Positions 1 to 9,809 are shown, counted from the stretch's first letter. The stretch is DNA of 64,000 nucleotides from Candidatus Hydrogenedentota bacterium (GCA_963745075.1 CAVUWV010000031.1:224001-288000); one strand, 5' to 3'. A program made the numbers and translations. The notes: generated by a model not told the origin, from the sequence alone.

Positions 1-1
1 G

Positions 2-661
2 ATCGCCGCTCTCGAGGACCAGAAGCCGGAATATGATGTTTTGGTCATCGATGACGGATCGACGGATCGAACGGCCCAAACGGTGCGTTCGGCGGGGCAT
101 GCGCGTCTGGTTCGGCTGCCGTACAATCTTGGCATCGGCGGCGCCATGCAGACCGGGTTCAAGTACGCAAAGCGGTACGGTTACAACGTCGCCGTGCAAT
201 GTGATGCCGACGGTCAGCATCCGGTGGAACAGATTCCCTCGCTTGTGGAACGGTTGTCGAAAGGCGATGCCGATCTCGTAATCGGTTCGCGGTACGTGGC
301 GGACAGCAACTACGCACCGTCTTTCAGCCGCCGCGTAGGCAAATCGATCCTTTCGAGGCTGGTTGACGCGCTCATCGGTGGCGGCATTACGGATACGACC
401 AGTGGATTTCGGGCGGCAAACCGAAAGGCCCTCGGCGTATTCGCAGAGCGCTATCCCGACGACTATCCCGAGGCGGAAGCCCTGGTGATTCTGCATATGT
501 CGGGGTTGAAAGCGGTGGAGGTGCCCGCGGGCATGCATCCCCGAAAGGGGGGTGTTACGTCGATCAAGCCTCCGCATGCCGTGTATTACATGGTTAAAGT
601 CGGATTGGCGATCTTCGTCGATCTGTTTCGAAAGCATTCGCAAGCGACGGGAGAACCCTGA
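2..661 (+). CDS. Glycosyltransferase family 2 (DPM synthase-like), 5'-truncated by window edge
   Basis: Frame open from base 2; motifs VIDDGSTD, NLGIGGA, QCDADGQH, DLVIGSRY, TDTTSGFRA. Confidence 0.9.
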   Translation: MAALEDQKPEYDVLVIDDGSTDRTAQTVRSAGHARLVRLPYNLGIGGAMQTGFKYAKRYGYNVAVQCDADGQHPVEQIPSLVERLSKGDADLVIGSRYVADSNYAPSFSRRVGKSILSRLVDALIGGGITDTTSGFRAANRKALGVFAERYPDDYPEAEALVILHMSGLKAVEVPAGMHPRKGGVTSIKPPHAVYYMVKVGLAIFVDLFRKHSQATGEP

Positions 662-663
662 TT

Positions 664-1044
664 ATGGACGGCTACGTACAAACCGGGATACAAACGGCGC
701 ACCGGGTGGGCATTCTGGCACTCAGCTTTGCTTTGTTGCTCGTTGTGCTCGAACTGGTGCGGCGCGGCTACCTGAAGGAGCGATATGCTTTGCTGTGGTT
801 GGCGACAGCGGGGCTGAGCCTGGTGATCGGCTTATTCCCGAGTATCATCACGGAACTCGCACATCTATTTAATTTCCAGTACCTTACCGTGCTGTTCGCC
901 ATGTATTTCGCCTTCACGCTCGCGCTCGTACTCTGTTTTACGATCGTCATATCCCGGCTGGCCGAGCGAAACCGCGAGCTGACCCAAGAAGTTGCCCTGT
1001 TGGCGTATGAGGTGGATCGGTTGAAAACGGGGGTGGGTCAATAA
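664..1044 (+). CDS. DUF2304-family membrane protein
   Basis: 3 TM segments, LKERYALLW motif, C-terminal 'NRELTQEVALL' coil; usual partner of the preceding GT2. Confidence 0.8.
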   Translation: MDGYVQTGIQTAHRVGILALSFALLLVVLELVRRGYLKERYALLWLATAGLSLVIGLFPSIITELAHLFNFQYLTVLFAMYFAFTLALVLCFTIVISRLAERNRELTQEVALLAYEVDRLKTGVGQ

Positions 1045-1290
1045 GGACGTCGTTGCCACTTTGGCTTCGTATTGACGTCCGGTCGCATAACTCGCCGACA
1101 ACGCGTTGCGTGCGCGGAGTTTACGGTTGCGAATATTCAGAATTTGTGCGATATTTGTAGAGATCGATCGGATGGAGTTCAGGCTTTACCAGCACCAAAT
1201 GGCCATGGGCACGCGTCTCACGTGACCGATTTCAGGCACGACGCATTCGCGGAATAGGATCACTACCGGCCGAGGGGTTTCGTTGTTATT

Positions 1291-1926
1291 ATGAAGTGGA
1301 TTGATGTAAGCATCCCCATGCGCGAAGGGATGACGGTGTGGCCGGGCGACACCGCGTTTTCCTTTCGGGCCGCATCGAGGATTGCTGAGGGAGCGGGATG
1401 CAATGTGTCCACGCTCACGCTCAGCACGCACACGGGGACGCACGTCGACGCCCCTTGGCATTTTGAGAATGGGGGCAAGCGTCTCCATCAAGTGGACACG
1501 GACCTCTTCTTTGGCGATGCACTGCTAATCGACCTGCCGGAGGTCGACTCGATTCGAGCGCAGGATCTGGGGCGCTCCCCCCTCCCGCCGCGTGTCATTT
1601 TGAAGACGAGCAACTCCGAGTATCCGGCCGAAGACCCGTTTTTGACGAATTACGTCGCGATCGAACCCGACGCAGCGCAGCGCCTGGTCGATGAAGGCGT
1701 GCGGTTGATTGGCGTAGACTATCTTTCCGTAGCCCCGTTTAAGCAGCCGGGACAGGATACGCACCATATTCTGTTGCAGTCCGACGTGCTCATTGTTGAG
1801 GGGTTGCGGTTGGCAGGGATAGTAGCGGGACTGCACCGGTTCGTTGTTTTGCCGCTTCCGTTGGAAGGCGCCGACGGTGCTCCGTGCCGTGCCTTTCTCG
1901 GTGTAGAAGAGGAGTGCCATGCCTAA
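1291..1926 (+). CDS. Cyclase family / kynurenine formamidase-like metal hydrolase
   Basis: HTGTHVDAPWH, IGVDYLS, IVEGLRL, LPLPLEGADGAPCRA motifs. Confidence 0.88.
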   Translation: MKWIDVSIPMREGMTVWPGDTAFSFRAASRIAEGAGCNVSTLTLSTHTGTHVDAPWHFENGGKRLHQVDTDLFFGDALLIDLPEVDSIRAQDLGRSPLPPRVILKTSNSEYPAEDPFLTNYVAIEPDAAQRLVDEGVRLIGVDYLSVAPFKQPGQDTHHILLQSDVLIVEGLRLAGIVAGLHRFVVLPLPLEGADGAPCRAFLGVEEECHA

Positions 1927-3190
1927 TATTCGTGACACGCGCGACGTTCTCGCGGTCGTTCTGGCCGGGGGAGTCGGCGAACGCCTGTACCCTTTGACCA
2001 AGGACCGGGCCAAGCCTGCCGTCCATTTCGGGGGCATCTACCGGCTCATTGATTTCACGCTATCCAATTGCATCAATTCCCAGTGCCGAAGAATCATGGT
2101 GCTGGTGCAGTACAAGTCCCTGTCTCTTTCGCGGCACATCCGAACGGGATGGAACATCCTGAGTCCCGAACTCAATGAGTACGTCGAGATTATCCCCGCG
2201 CAGAAACGGGTGGGCGAGGACTGGTATCAGGGCACCGCCGACGCCATTTATCAGAATCTTTATTCCATCGAGCGGATCGATCCCCGGGACGTGATGGTCC
2301 TTTCCGGGGACCATATTTACAAGATGGATTATGGCCCCATGATTGCGTTCCACCGCAGGAACAACGCAGATATGACGGTAGCGGCCATTGAGATGCCCCT
2401 GTCCCAGGCCACTCGATTCGGCGTGTTGGCGGTGGACTACGACGCCCGGGTTGTTGGGTTTGAGGAAAAACCTGCCAATCCGAGTTCCTTACCGGACCGG
2501 CCCAGCACGGCGCTGGCCTCCATGGGCGTGTATATCTTCACAGCGGATGCGTTGAAACGGGCCTGCCTGGACGACGCCAAGCAGGTGTCCTCGCACGATT
2601 TCGGCAAGGACGTGATCCCCAAGATGATCGGCACCGATCGGGTTTTCGCGTATATGTTCCAGGACGAGAATAAGAAAGAGGCCCAATACTGGCGGGACGT
2701 GGGCACGCTGGATTCCTATTGGGAAGCGAACATGGACCTGGTCGCGGTCGACCCGATATTCAACCTCTACGACCAAGGCTGGCCGATTCGGACGCGCAGT
2801 TCCAATTCACCACCCGCGAAGTTTGTGTTCGCGACGGAAGGGGTCCGGTTTGGCGCGGCAGTCGACTCCATTGTGAGCCCGGGATGCATTGTCAGCGGCG
2901 GTCTGGTCAAGCGCAGTGTCCTTTCATCGGACGTGCGCATCAACAGCTATTCCCACGTGGAAGAGAGCATCTTATTGCCGGGCTGCGATATCGGCCGGAA
3001 CTCACGAATCCGCCGGGCCATCATCGAAAAAAACGTAGAGATTCCGGAAAATACGGTAATCGGCTATGATAGCCGCGAGGACGCAAAACGCTTTCACGTA
3101 ACCGCAAACGGTATTGTCGTGGTCGATGCGATGGAACAGGCGCCCCGGCCCTTTGCGGTGGAACCGCGGACCCCGTCACCCGTCGGGTGA
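1919..3190 (+). CDS. glgC: Glucose-1-phosphate adenylyltransferase
   Basis: LAGGVGERLYPLTKDRAKPAV, WYQGTADA, LSGDHIYKMDY, FEEKP, ASMGVYIF, YWRDVGT. Confidence 0.97.
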   Translation: MPNIRDTRDVLAVVLAGGVGERLYPLTKDRAKPAVHFGGIYRLIDFTLSNCINSQCRRIMVLVQYKSLSLSRHIRTGWNILSPELNEYVEIIPAQKRVGEDWYQGTADAIYQNLYSIERIDPRDVMVLSGDHIYKMDYGPMIAFHRRNNADMTVAAIEMPLSQATRFGVLAVDYDARVVGFEEKPANPSSLPDRPSTALASMGVYIFTADALKRACLDDAKQVSSHDFGKDVIPKMIGTDRVFAYMFQDENKKEAQYWRDVGTLDSYWEANMDLVAVDPIFNLYDQGWPIRTRSSNSPPAKFVFATEGVRFGAAVDSIVSPGCIVSGGLVKRSVLSSDVRINSYSHVEESILLPGCDIGRNSRIRRAIIEKNVEIPENTVIGYDSREDAKRFHVTANGIVVVDAMEQAPRPFAVEPRTPSPVG

Positions 3191-3215
3191 TTACGGGCGA
3201 TGCAGGAGGTGTGTC

Positions 3216-4274
3216 ATGATTATGCTGGCCGCGATTCTGGTATTGGCCGCGCCGGTGGACGGCAGCGTACGTGAACACGCGGACGCCATTCTCGCCGCAC
3301 AACTTCCGGACGGCGCAATCGTTCACGCGACGGACGGCGATGAAATCGCGATCGTGCCTTACCTTGGAAACCAGGCGGCCGCGGGCCTGTATGAAGCATA
3401 CCGGGTGACGGATGACGCAACGTATCTCGACGCCGCGAATGCCTGGGTGGATTGGTACCTCGATCGCATGGACCTCGACGGCCGGGTCGTCGAGTACCGC
3501 GGGACGAAGGATAACTATCGCCCTGTGAATACCGGCGGGGTTGACGTGCCGGGTGCGGCGACGTTCCTGGAATGCGCGAATATGCGGCGCGTTCTCACCA
3601 AGGACCGGTACTTCCTGCTTCGGGAACAAGCGAAACTGTGGAGGGTGTACGAGACGGTGGTGAATGCGGCGGAGCCGGACGGACTGCTGTACGCCTACGA
3701 AGACGCGCCATACAAGTCAACGTTCCACAATATCGAGGCCTATGAAGGGTTGTGGCATGCCCGGCAAATTGCGCGGAGTTTGCGCGATTACCACTGGAAT
3801 TCGAGCATCTACTACGCCCGCCGAGGAATTGAATCGGCTCTGGATCGAATGCGTGACGAGAATGGGCTGTATGCGTGGGCCAAGGCGCGGGACAACACGA
3901 TCGAGTGGGCGGAGGATGCATCAACCTTCAACACCGTGGGGCTGGCAAATCTGGCCGCCGCCGCGTACGGGCCGACCAGCGAACACGAAGCGAAGGAGAC
4001 CCTGCGTGGCGTTCGCGAGCGTTTCCCCGATCTTGGCGCATGCACGCCGGCGCAACTCTACTGGTGGTCGGCTGCGGCGTGCCGGGTGGATGACGATTCC
4101 GTGGCAAAACATGCCGCGCAACTCGTGGAAAACTTGGCGCCGGGGGATGCGTCCCCGGCGGACCATGCGTACTGCATCCGGATCCTTGTTCTCGCAGACA
4201 AAGGCGAACCGCGTCGCTTCGGCGTGCCAATGGGATCGACGTACATCCCCTATCAACGGCCCATCTTTCGTTAA
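3216..4274 (+). CDS. Secreted hypothetical protein, probable alpha/alpha-toroid (glycosidase-like) fold
   Basis: AGGAGGT RBS at 3204-3210, ATG 3216, signal peptide; ILAAQLPDGA and LYEAYRVTDDATYLDAA helical motifs. Confidence 0.6.
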   Translation: MIMLAAILVLAAPVDGSVREHADAILAAQLPDGAIVHATDGDEIAIVPYLGNQAAAGLYEAYRVTDDATYLDAANAWVDWYLDRMDLDGRVVEYRGTKDNYRPVNTGGVDVPGAATFLECANMRRVLTKDRYFLLREQAKLWRVYETVVNAAEPDGLLYAYEDAPYKSTFHNIEAYEGLWHARQIARSLRDYHWNSSIYYARRGIESALDRMRDENGLYAWAKARDNTIEWAEDASTFNTVGLANLAAAAYGPTSEHEAKETLRGVRERFPDLGACTPAQLYWWSAAACRVDDDSVAKHAAQLVENLAPGDASPADHAYCIRILVLADKGEPRRFGVPMGSTYIPYQRPIFR

Positions 4275-4356
4275 GACGAGCCCGGTCTTTTGACTTTCGC
4301 ACTCACGGCCCCTAGCATACCCGTTTGATTGAAAGTCTGCTGATGGAGTATGTGCC

Positions 4357-5281
4357 GTGAGAACTTGGGTAAGAATTCTTCTTGCAATCCTCCTGCTCGT
4401 CATTGTCGGCGGTGTCGCCGTGTTGTTCATCGCGGACAGCAAGTACCAGTTCCTACGGGACGCGCCGAGGATTTCGCATGAAACCCTGGCCCAACCCGAC
4501 ACGAGCATTCGGATCGTCGCGCAGCCGCCCTTGGCCAAGGACATCATCAAAACGGTCCTGGGGGACCAGGCCCCGAGCGACTGGGTCCTGGAAAAGGCGC
4601 TTCCCTACGAAGTTGCTCTGCTGATTACGCCGCACCTGGATACCGGCAAAATCGACATCGACCTTTTCTGCAATGACCGGCGGCTGGGGCCGCTCATCGC
4701 GGCACAGTCGTCGCAGTTAGCGCTCGACAGCGCATACCCTTTCATCCACTGGGACAGCGGTCGATTCAGCGAAACGAGCCGGGGCAGCCTGGTGTGGCAT
4801 GGCACGGCCGATATCAAGTCGTCGGTGGTCGATAACGTGCGCACCCATTGGGGAGACGTTCCGGCAATTGAGCCGGGCGCGCGCGAAAGGCGGCCACTTG
4901 GTGGAGGCCGTCGTCGACAATCGGGACGGTTCCTTGTTCACCCTGATCGCCACCCTCCAGGCGGACGGCGAAATCGTGCTGCCCATTTCGCTCGAAGACG
5001 TTGCCAAGAGCCTGTTAACCGTCGCGGACGTCCACATTACCGCCGACATGGACGGTCCCGACAACCTTTCCATAGACATGGTCGTGGACTGCGTTCCCCA
5101 AGCGGAACCCGGCGAAATTACGGCGACGAGTTTTCTGATTGGCGGGATACTGAATCAAATCTCGCTGATACTGGAACAGAACTACAAGGTGACTTTTGAA
5201 GGCACCAAAAAGACCGAAGGCACCGCCATTCTGAGCACGTACACCCTCACACCCTTGTCTCGATTAGTGCACGCCAGATAA
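4357..5281 (+). CDS. Membrane-anchored hypothetical protein, frameshifted near 4880
   Basis: ORF 4357 (N-terminal TM) turns into Arg-rich junk after ~4880, where ORF 4799..5281 becomes protein-like (HLVEAVVDNRDG...). Confidence 0.6.
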
Positions 5282-5283
5282 CG

Positions 5284-5375
5284 CTACATCCGCTCCAGGG
5301 CATCGATTCCGAGGAGTTCGAGCGCGTTCTGGATCACTCGCCGGGTTGCGGCACAAATCTGGGCGCGTGCCACCC
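5284..5375 (-). pseudogene. Duplicated 3' end of argS (last 29 aa + stop), att-like fragment
   Basis: Aligns with 6438-6529; 8 differences in the first 90 bp, 7 synonymous; encodes VARAQICAATRRVIQNALELLGIDALERM*. Confidence 0.9.
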
Positions 5376-5806
5376 CCGGACTTCCTGGGTTCATCTCCAA
5401 ACAGCGCGGCTCTTCGACGCCCCGCCCAAAACGTCATCCCCGGCTCCGAAAGCGGGGACCCATCTTCAACCAACGCCCCAGGCTCATCCTTCACACACCA
5501 TCCGTGAACGTCCGTGTAGGTCCGTGGCGCCTTGCGCGCCGTCAGACCGGAAGTGTGTTTCGGTCATTGGTTATTCGGTCATTAGAATTTGTTTCGGATT
5601 TCGTGCTTCGGATTTCGGATTTGGCTGCGGCTATGCCGCGCCGGGCTACACTCAAATCGCCCCGTCCGGCGCAAATACGGTCTTTCCCCACGACAGTGTT
5701 CTTCCTGCCAATTCATCGGTGTAATCGGTGCAATCGGTGGATGAAACTCTTGGTTTCGTTCCGGCTTCGTCCCGCTGTGGAATCCCAACGTACCGCTCAA
5801 CGGAGA

Positions 5807-5918
5807 ACGGGCGTCTCGCCCGTTCGTCTTCACCGCTCCCCACCGTGATCCCATCACACAACCCGTCTCCACCCGCCGTGCGACGCCACCCCCTCCACGG
5901 GCGAGACGCCCGTGCCCC
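5807..5918. repeat. REP-like inverted pair (ACGGGCGTCTCGCCCGT / CACGGGCGAGACGCCCGTGCCCC)
   Basis: Palindromic units at 5807-5823 and 5896-5918; same sequence family as 44250-44361. Confidence 0.8.
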
Positions 5919-6148
5919 CTTACCCCCTCGCCCCGATCGCAACGCACGTATCTTCGGCCTCCCGCCATCTTCCCGATCCTCTGACCGTGTCCTCCCCAAC
6001 AAAAGATTCGCGCCAATCCGAACCATCCGCCAAATCCGCGTTCCATTGATTTGTCGTTCATCAGTTCCCTATCTCCACTGCAACACCCCGCGCTATAGTG
6101 ATAAGGACAACTCCACCCATGACAATCGCCCCAAAACGCGCTGCACAC

Positions 6149-6382
6149 CTCCAGCCTCCGGACGCCGGACCCGCACCCCCCTTGTTTCGTCAAAAAGCAG
6201 GGAGGTGTACACCCCCCAGTCCTCCAGGCTCCCTTCTCCCGCTTCTCCCGCGTCATTCCAGTGCAAGTCCCAGACGTCCATGATGATTAGGAGAACGCCG
6301 TCCCCATCGCTCCGGACTCCAGCCTCCGGACGCCGGACTTGCACCCCCCCTTGTATCGTCAAAAACAGAGGGGGGTGCTCAC
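6149..6382. repeat. ~65-bp imperfect direct repeat with internal hairpin
   Basis: 6149-6212 and 6317-6382: CTCCAGCCTCCGGACGCCGGAC..GCACCCCCC TTGT.TCGTCAAAAA..AG.G..GGTG. Confidence 0.85.
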
Positions 6383-6437
6383 GCGGGACAATCGCCGGAC
6401 GAATCACAGGGGACGGGCTTTTGAGGAGAAATGCGGA

Positions 6438-8135
6438 CTACATCCGCTCCAGGGCATCGATCCCGAGGAGTTGGAGTGCGTTCTGAATCACCCGCCGGGT
6501 TGCGGCGCAAATTTGGGCGCGCGCCACCCGGTGCGCATCGGTGGGGGCATCGATTACCGGGCATTCGTGGTAGAAGGCCGTAAACGAACGGGCGGCATCG
6601 AGGGCAAACTGAGCGACCGGCGCCACACTTCGCTGGCCGATCCCGAGTGCGACCACATCGGGAAATGACGCAAGTTTGGTTAATAGAGCCCACTCGGCAT
6701 CGTTTTCGAGAGGAAATGCATCGCCTGGAGCATCCGGAACCGCAGTCCCAAGCTTGCGTAAGATGGATGAAATCCGCGCGCATGAGTATTGGACGTAGGG
6801 CCCCGTGTCACCGGTAAACGACAGGCTCGCATCCCAATCGAAGATTACGTTCTTATTTGCCCCGACGCGCAGGATGGCGAATCGGATCGCCGCGACCGCG
6901 ACTTTGGCGGCAATGGCTTGGCGTTCTTTCTCGGGAAGATCTTTACATTGCTCTTCGACTTTCTCCGCAGCCCGCGCCGACGCCTCGTTGAGAAATTCGG
7001 AGAGGAGCACGACTTTGCCTTGGCGGGTCGACATCTTGCCTTCCTTCAGCAGGATGTACGAGTAATAGATAGGTTCGGGGGACGCGATCTCCGCGGCAGC
7101 GAGTATCAAGGCAATCTGCTGCATATACAGCCGGTGATCTTCACCGAGGACGATCAGATTGAGATCGGCGCCCTTCTCCATCTTGTCGATGGTGTACGCG
7201 ATATCGCGGTACCCGTACATGGAGCTGCCGTTTGACCGCAGGAGCGCAACGTACCGGCCTTCTTCGTAGGTGTGACCGATCTTGCTGAGGTCGACGGAGA
7301 GCCGGCCCTCTTCATCGGTAAACACCGCGTCTTTCGTGCGCAGCACTTCCAGAATCCGTTCCAACCGGGGATCCTGGACAAAATCGGACTCGCGATCGAA
7401 ACGATCGTAGGCGATCCCCAACCGTTCAAGTACCGCGAGCTGCCCTTGTAAACACAATTCCGTGATGGCGCGAAACCGCTCGCGTGCCTCCGGGTCGCCT
7501 TGCTCGATGCGAGCCAGCAACTCGAATCCCCGTGCCGCGAATTCGGGCTCGGCTTCGGCACGCGCATTGGCGTCCGCATACACTTGAAGCATGCTGTCGA
7601 ACGTCAACGTCTCGGGACGATCGCACGACAGTACAAGCAGCGCGATTTGACGCCCGATGTCGTTGACGTAGTAGTGGGTTTCCACGTCGTATTGCTCGAA
7701 TCGGAGCAACCGTACCAGGCTGTCGCCGATCATGGCGTTCCGGGCGCGGCCCACGTGCGGACTCGCGTTGGGGTTGATGCTGGTGTGCTCGACCAGAGCC
7801 CGCAACCCGACGCCGCTGGAATTGCTTCCGTATCGAGGCCCGCGCGCGAGAATGGCGCCGACGATCCGCTTGCCGAAGTCATCGCGGTTCAACCGGAAGT
7901 TGACGTAGGGGCCCGCCGTAAACGCTTCGGCCACGTCATCGCCAAAAGTGACCTCTTTGGCAATTCGGGCAGCCAGTTGCGGGGGAGGGAGTTGAAGTTT
8001 TCGCGCCGCTTCAAAGGTGCGGAGCGCCACGTCGCCCATCTCCAACTTGGGCGGCGGAGCAAAGGCCAGGTCTTCCGGCGCAAGTTCCGGAAAGGCGTCG
8101 AGAATGGGGCTGGCCAACGTTTGATACAGGTTCAC
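6438..8135 (-). CDS. argS: Arginine--tRNA ligase
   Basis: EHTSINPNASPHVGRARN (HIGH region), KMSTRQG (KMSKS), GDTGPYVQYSCARISSILRK, DALERM end; probable GTG start 8135 with GGAG upstream. Confidence 0.96.
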   Translation of the reverse strand: MNLYQTLASPILDAFPELAPEDLAFAPPPKLEMGDVALRTFEAARKLQLPPPQLAARIAKEVTFGDDVAEAFTAGPYVNFRLNRDDFGKRIVGAILARGPRYGSNSSGVGLRALVEHTSINPNASPHVGRARNAMIGDSLVRLLRFEQYDVETHYYVNDIGRQIALLVLSCDRPETLTFDSMLQVYADANARAEAEPEFAARGFELLARIEQGDPEARERFRAITELCLQGQLAVLERLGIAYDRFDRESDFVQDPRLERILEVLRTKDAVFTDEEGRLSVDLSKIGHTYEEGRYVALLRSNGSSMYGYRDIAYTIDKMEKGADLNLIVLGEDHRLYMQQIALILAAAEIASPEPIYYSYILLKEGKMSTRQGKVVLLSEFLNEASARAAEKVEEQCKDLPEKERQAIAAKVAVAAIRFAILRVGANKNVIFDWDASLSFTGDTGPYVQYSCARISSILRKLGTAVPDAPGDAFPLENDAEWALLTKLASFPDVVALGIGQRSVAPVAQFALDAARSFTAFYHECPVIDAPTDAHRVARAQICAATRRVIQNALQLLGIDALERM

Positions 8136-8203
8136 AGAAAACTCCACTCGTTTTGGACGGAGATGTCCCCGACGATCGTGCAAAGATCCGTTTGGACGAT
8201 CGA

Positions 8204-8770
8204 TTACTGATTGGCGGTGCCGGCGGATGGTTCGGCAGCATCACCGGAATCGGCGCCGGTCTCGTTGCCTCGGCTGATTCGTTGGTTCCATTCGCGGTCT
8301 TTTTGCATTTTCAGGCGATCCACGTCGGAAAGCTGCCGATCCGTTACAATCACGAGATGGTAGCCCAAACCCGACTTCAAGACGGGACTCAGTTTGCCGA
8401 TCGGGGCCGTCCACGCGTATACCTCAATCGCCGGGTCGAGCGTTCCCATCGGGACGTATCCGATATCGCCGCCGCGCGCAGCGCTCTGGGGATCGTTGGA
8501 GTACTCTTCCGCCATGTCGCCGAAGTCGGCTCCATTCACAATGCGTTCGCGCAAGTCGCGTATGAGATCGCGCGCGCGGGCGTCGTCCGCCGGGTCGCCC
8601 GCTTTAACTGCGATGAGAATGTGTTTCAGCCGGACCATAGACGTGTTCGGATTCGTCTTACCCGACCACCAGATCGCGACGGACATCATGGCGACCAGGA
8701 CGAACACGGCGCCCCAGATCAGTTTCGTACGGTCTTTTGGTTCCGGCAAATCGTCTAACTCAGATCCCAT
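8204..8770 (-). CDS. Membrane-anchored parvulin (PpiC-type) peptidyl-prolyl isomerase
   Basis: N-terminal TM; KHILI, FGDMAEEYSNDPQSAARGGDIG, LSPVLKSGLGYHLV. Confidence 0.9.
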   Translation of the reverse strand: MGSELDDLPEPKDRTKLIWGAVFVLVAMMSVAIWWSGKTNPNTSMVRLKHILIAVKAGDPADDARARDLIRDLRERIVNGADFGDMAEEYSNDPQSAARGGDIGYVPMGTLDPAIEVYAWTAPIGKLSPVLKSGLGYHLVIVTDRQLSDVDRLKMQKDREWNQRISRGNETGADSGDAAEPSAGTANQ

Positions 8771-9809
8771 CCAGAATGTCTCCCATCATGCCGAAGTACA
8801 TCAAATAAAACGAGATAATAATATACCCAATCAGCCCGGCCACGGCCAGGAGGATCAGCACGCCCATGACACGCGTGGCGATGGCCACCGCATGCTGCGC
8901 TTCTTCGAGATGGTATTCGGAGACCTTACGCAGGGCCTGTTCCATCTGACCGGACTGCTCGCCGATGGCGATCATTTCCCGCGCGGTGGGGGTCAGCATC
9001 CGGGAAGCGCCGAATGATTCGACGAGCGTATATCCTTCCCGCACCAGCGGCACGGCTTTCAGCAGATCCTTCTCCATATATGGATTTGCGGTGATGGCGG
9101 CGGAATTCACGATGCAGTGGTCCACCCGCACCCCCGCTCCGATCAGCAAGGACATGCTGCGGAAAAACCGGGCGAGCCCGAAACGTCTCGTGACCGGCGC
9201 CATGGGCCAGATGTGCGTCGCAAACAAGCCCCACACATAGCCGAAGAGACCGAGCCGGGACAACACGACGCAGGCGGCAAAAATCGCGGCAAACACCAGG
9301 GTCGCTTCGGCCTGGAAAATTATGTAATCGTGAACGAACTTCATGAGATCGAAACTCTGACCCGACGCGCTCGGTTTGAAGATTCCGCTGATTCGCCGAA
9401 TGAGCATGATCGCGAACATCCCCACGTACCAGGCGGCGGCAAGTTGAAGGCCCGGGTAAATGAGGGACCGGACGATCTGGCGCTGCATATCGAGGCGGTC
9501 CTCGTAATACTGGGCCAAGTCGCGCAGCATGATGTCGAGTTTTCCGCCCGTTTCGCCGGTGGCAAGGAGTTCCACGAAGAACTGGGGCAGGTACCGGCGC
9601 TGGGTCCGGGCGGCATCGCCGAGGGTGCCCCCGTTCTTGATGGTATCCCCCATCTCTTCCATGACTTGGCGAATGCGCTTGTCGCCATTTTGCCGGCCCA
9701 CGATCTCGAGTCCGCGCAAAATGGGAATGCCCGCGTCGTAGGACGTGGCGAGTTGACGGCAGAGGGGAACCACTTTTTTGAGCGATATTTGCGGAGAAAA
9801 AAGGCCCAT
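8760..9809 (-). CDS. pilC: Type II secretion F / PilC family inner-membrane platform protein
   Basis: RQLATSYDAGIPILRGL, GETGGKLD, FFRSMSLLIGAGV, IGEQSGQME; ATG 9809 (MGLFSPQIS). Confidence 0.85.
   Translation of the reverse strand: MGLFSPQISLKKVVPLCRQLATSYDAGIPILRGLEIVGRQNGDKRIRQVMEEMGDTIKNGGTLGDAARTQRRYLPQFFVELLATGETGGKLDIMLRDLAQYYEDRLDMQRQIVRSLIYPGLQLAAAWYVGMFAIMLIRRISGIFKPSASGQSFDLMKFVHDYIIFQAEATLVFAAIFAACVVLSRLGLFGYVWGLFATHIWPMAPVTRRFGLARFFRSMSLLIGAGVRVDHCIVNSAAITANPYMEKDLLKAVPLVREGYTLVESFGASRMLTPTAREMIAIGEQSGQMEQALRKVSEYHLEEAQHAVAIATRVMGVLILLAVAGLIGYIIISFYLMYFGMMGDILDGI

Noticed and set aside
6149..6382. Possible CRISPR array
   Set aside because: Only two ~65-bp copies with a ~104-bp spacer; no cas genes.
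5504..6486. ORFs 5504..5848, 5582..6256, 5652..6026, 5728..6486 as genes or transposase
   Set aside because: Low-complexity Pro/Arg/Gly translations that run through repeats; no integrase, DDE or HUH motifs.
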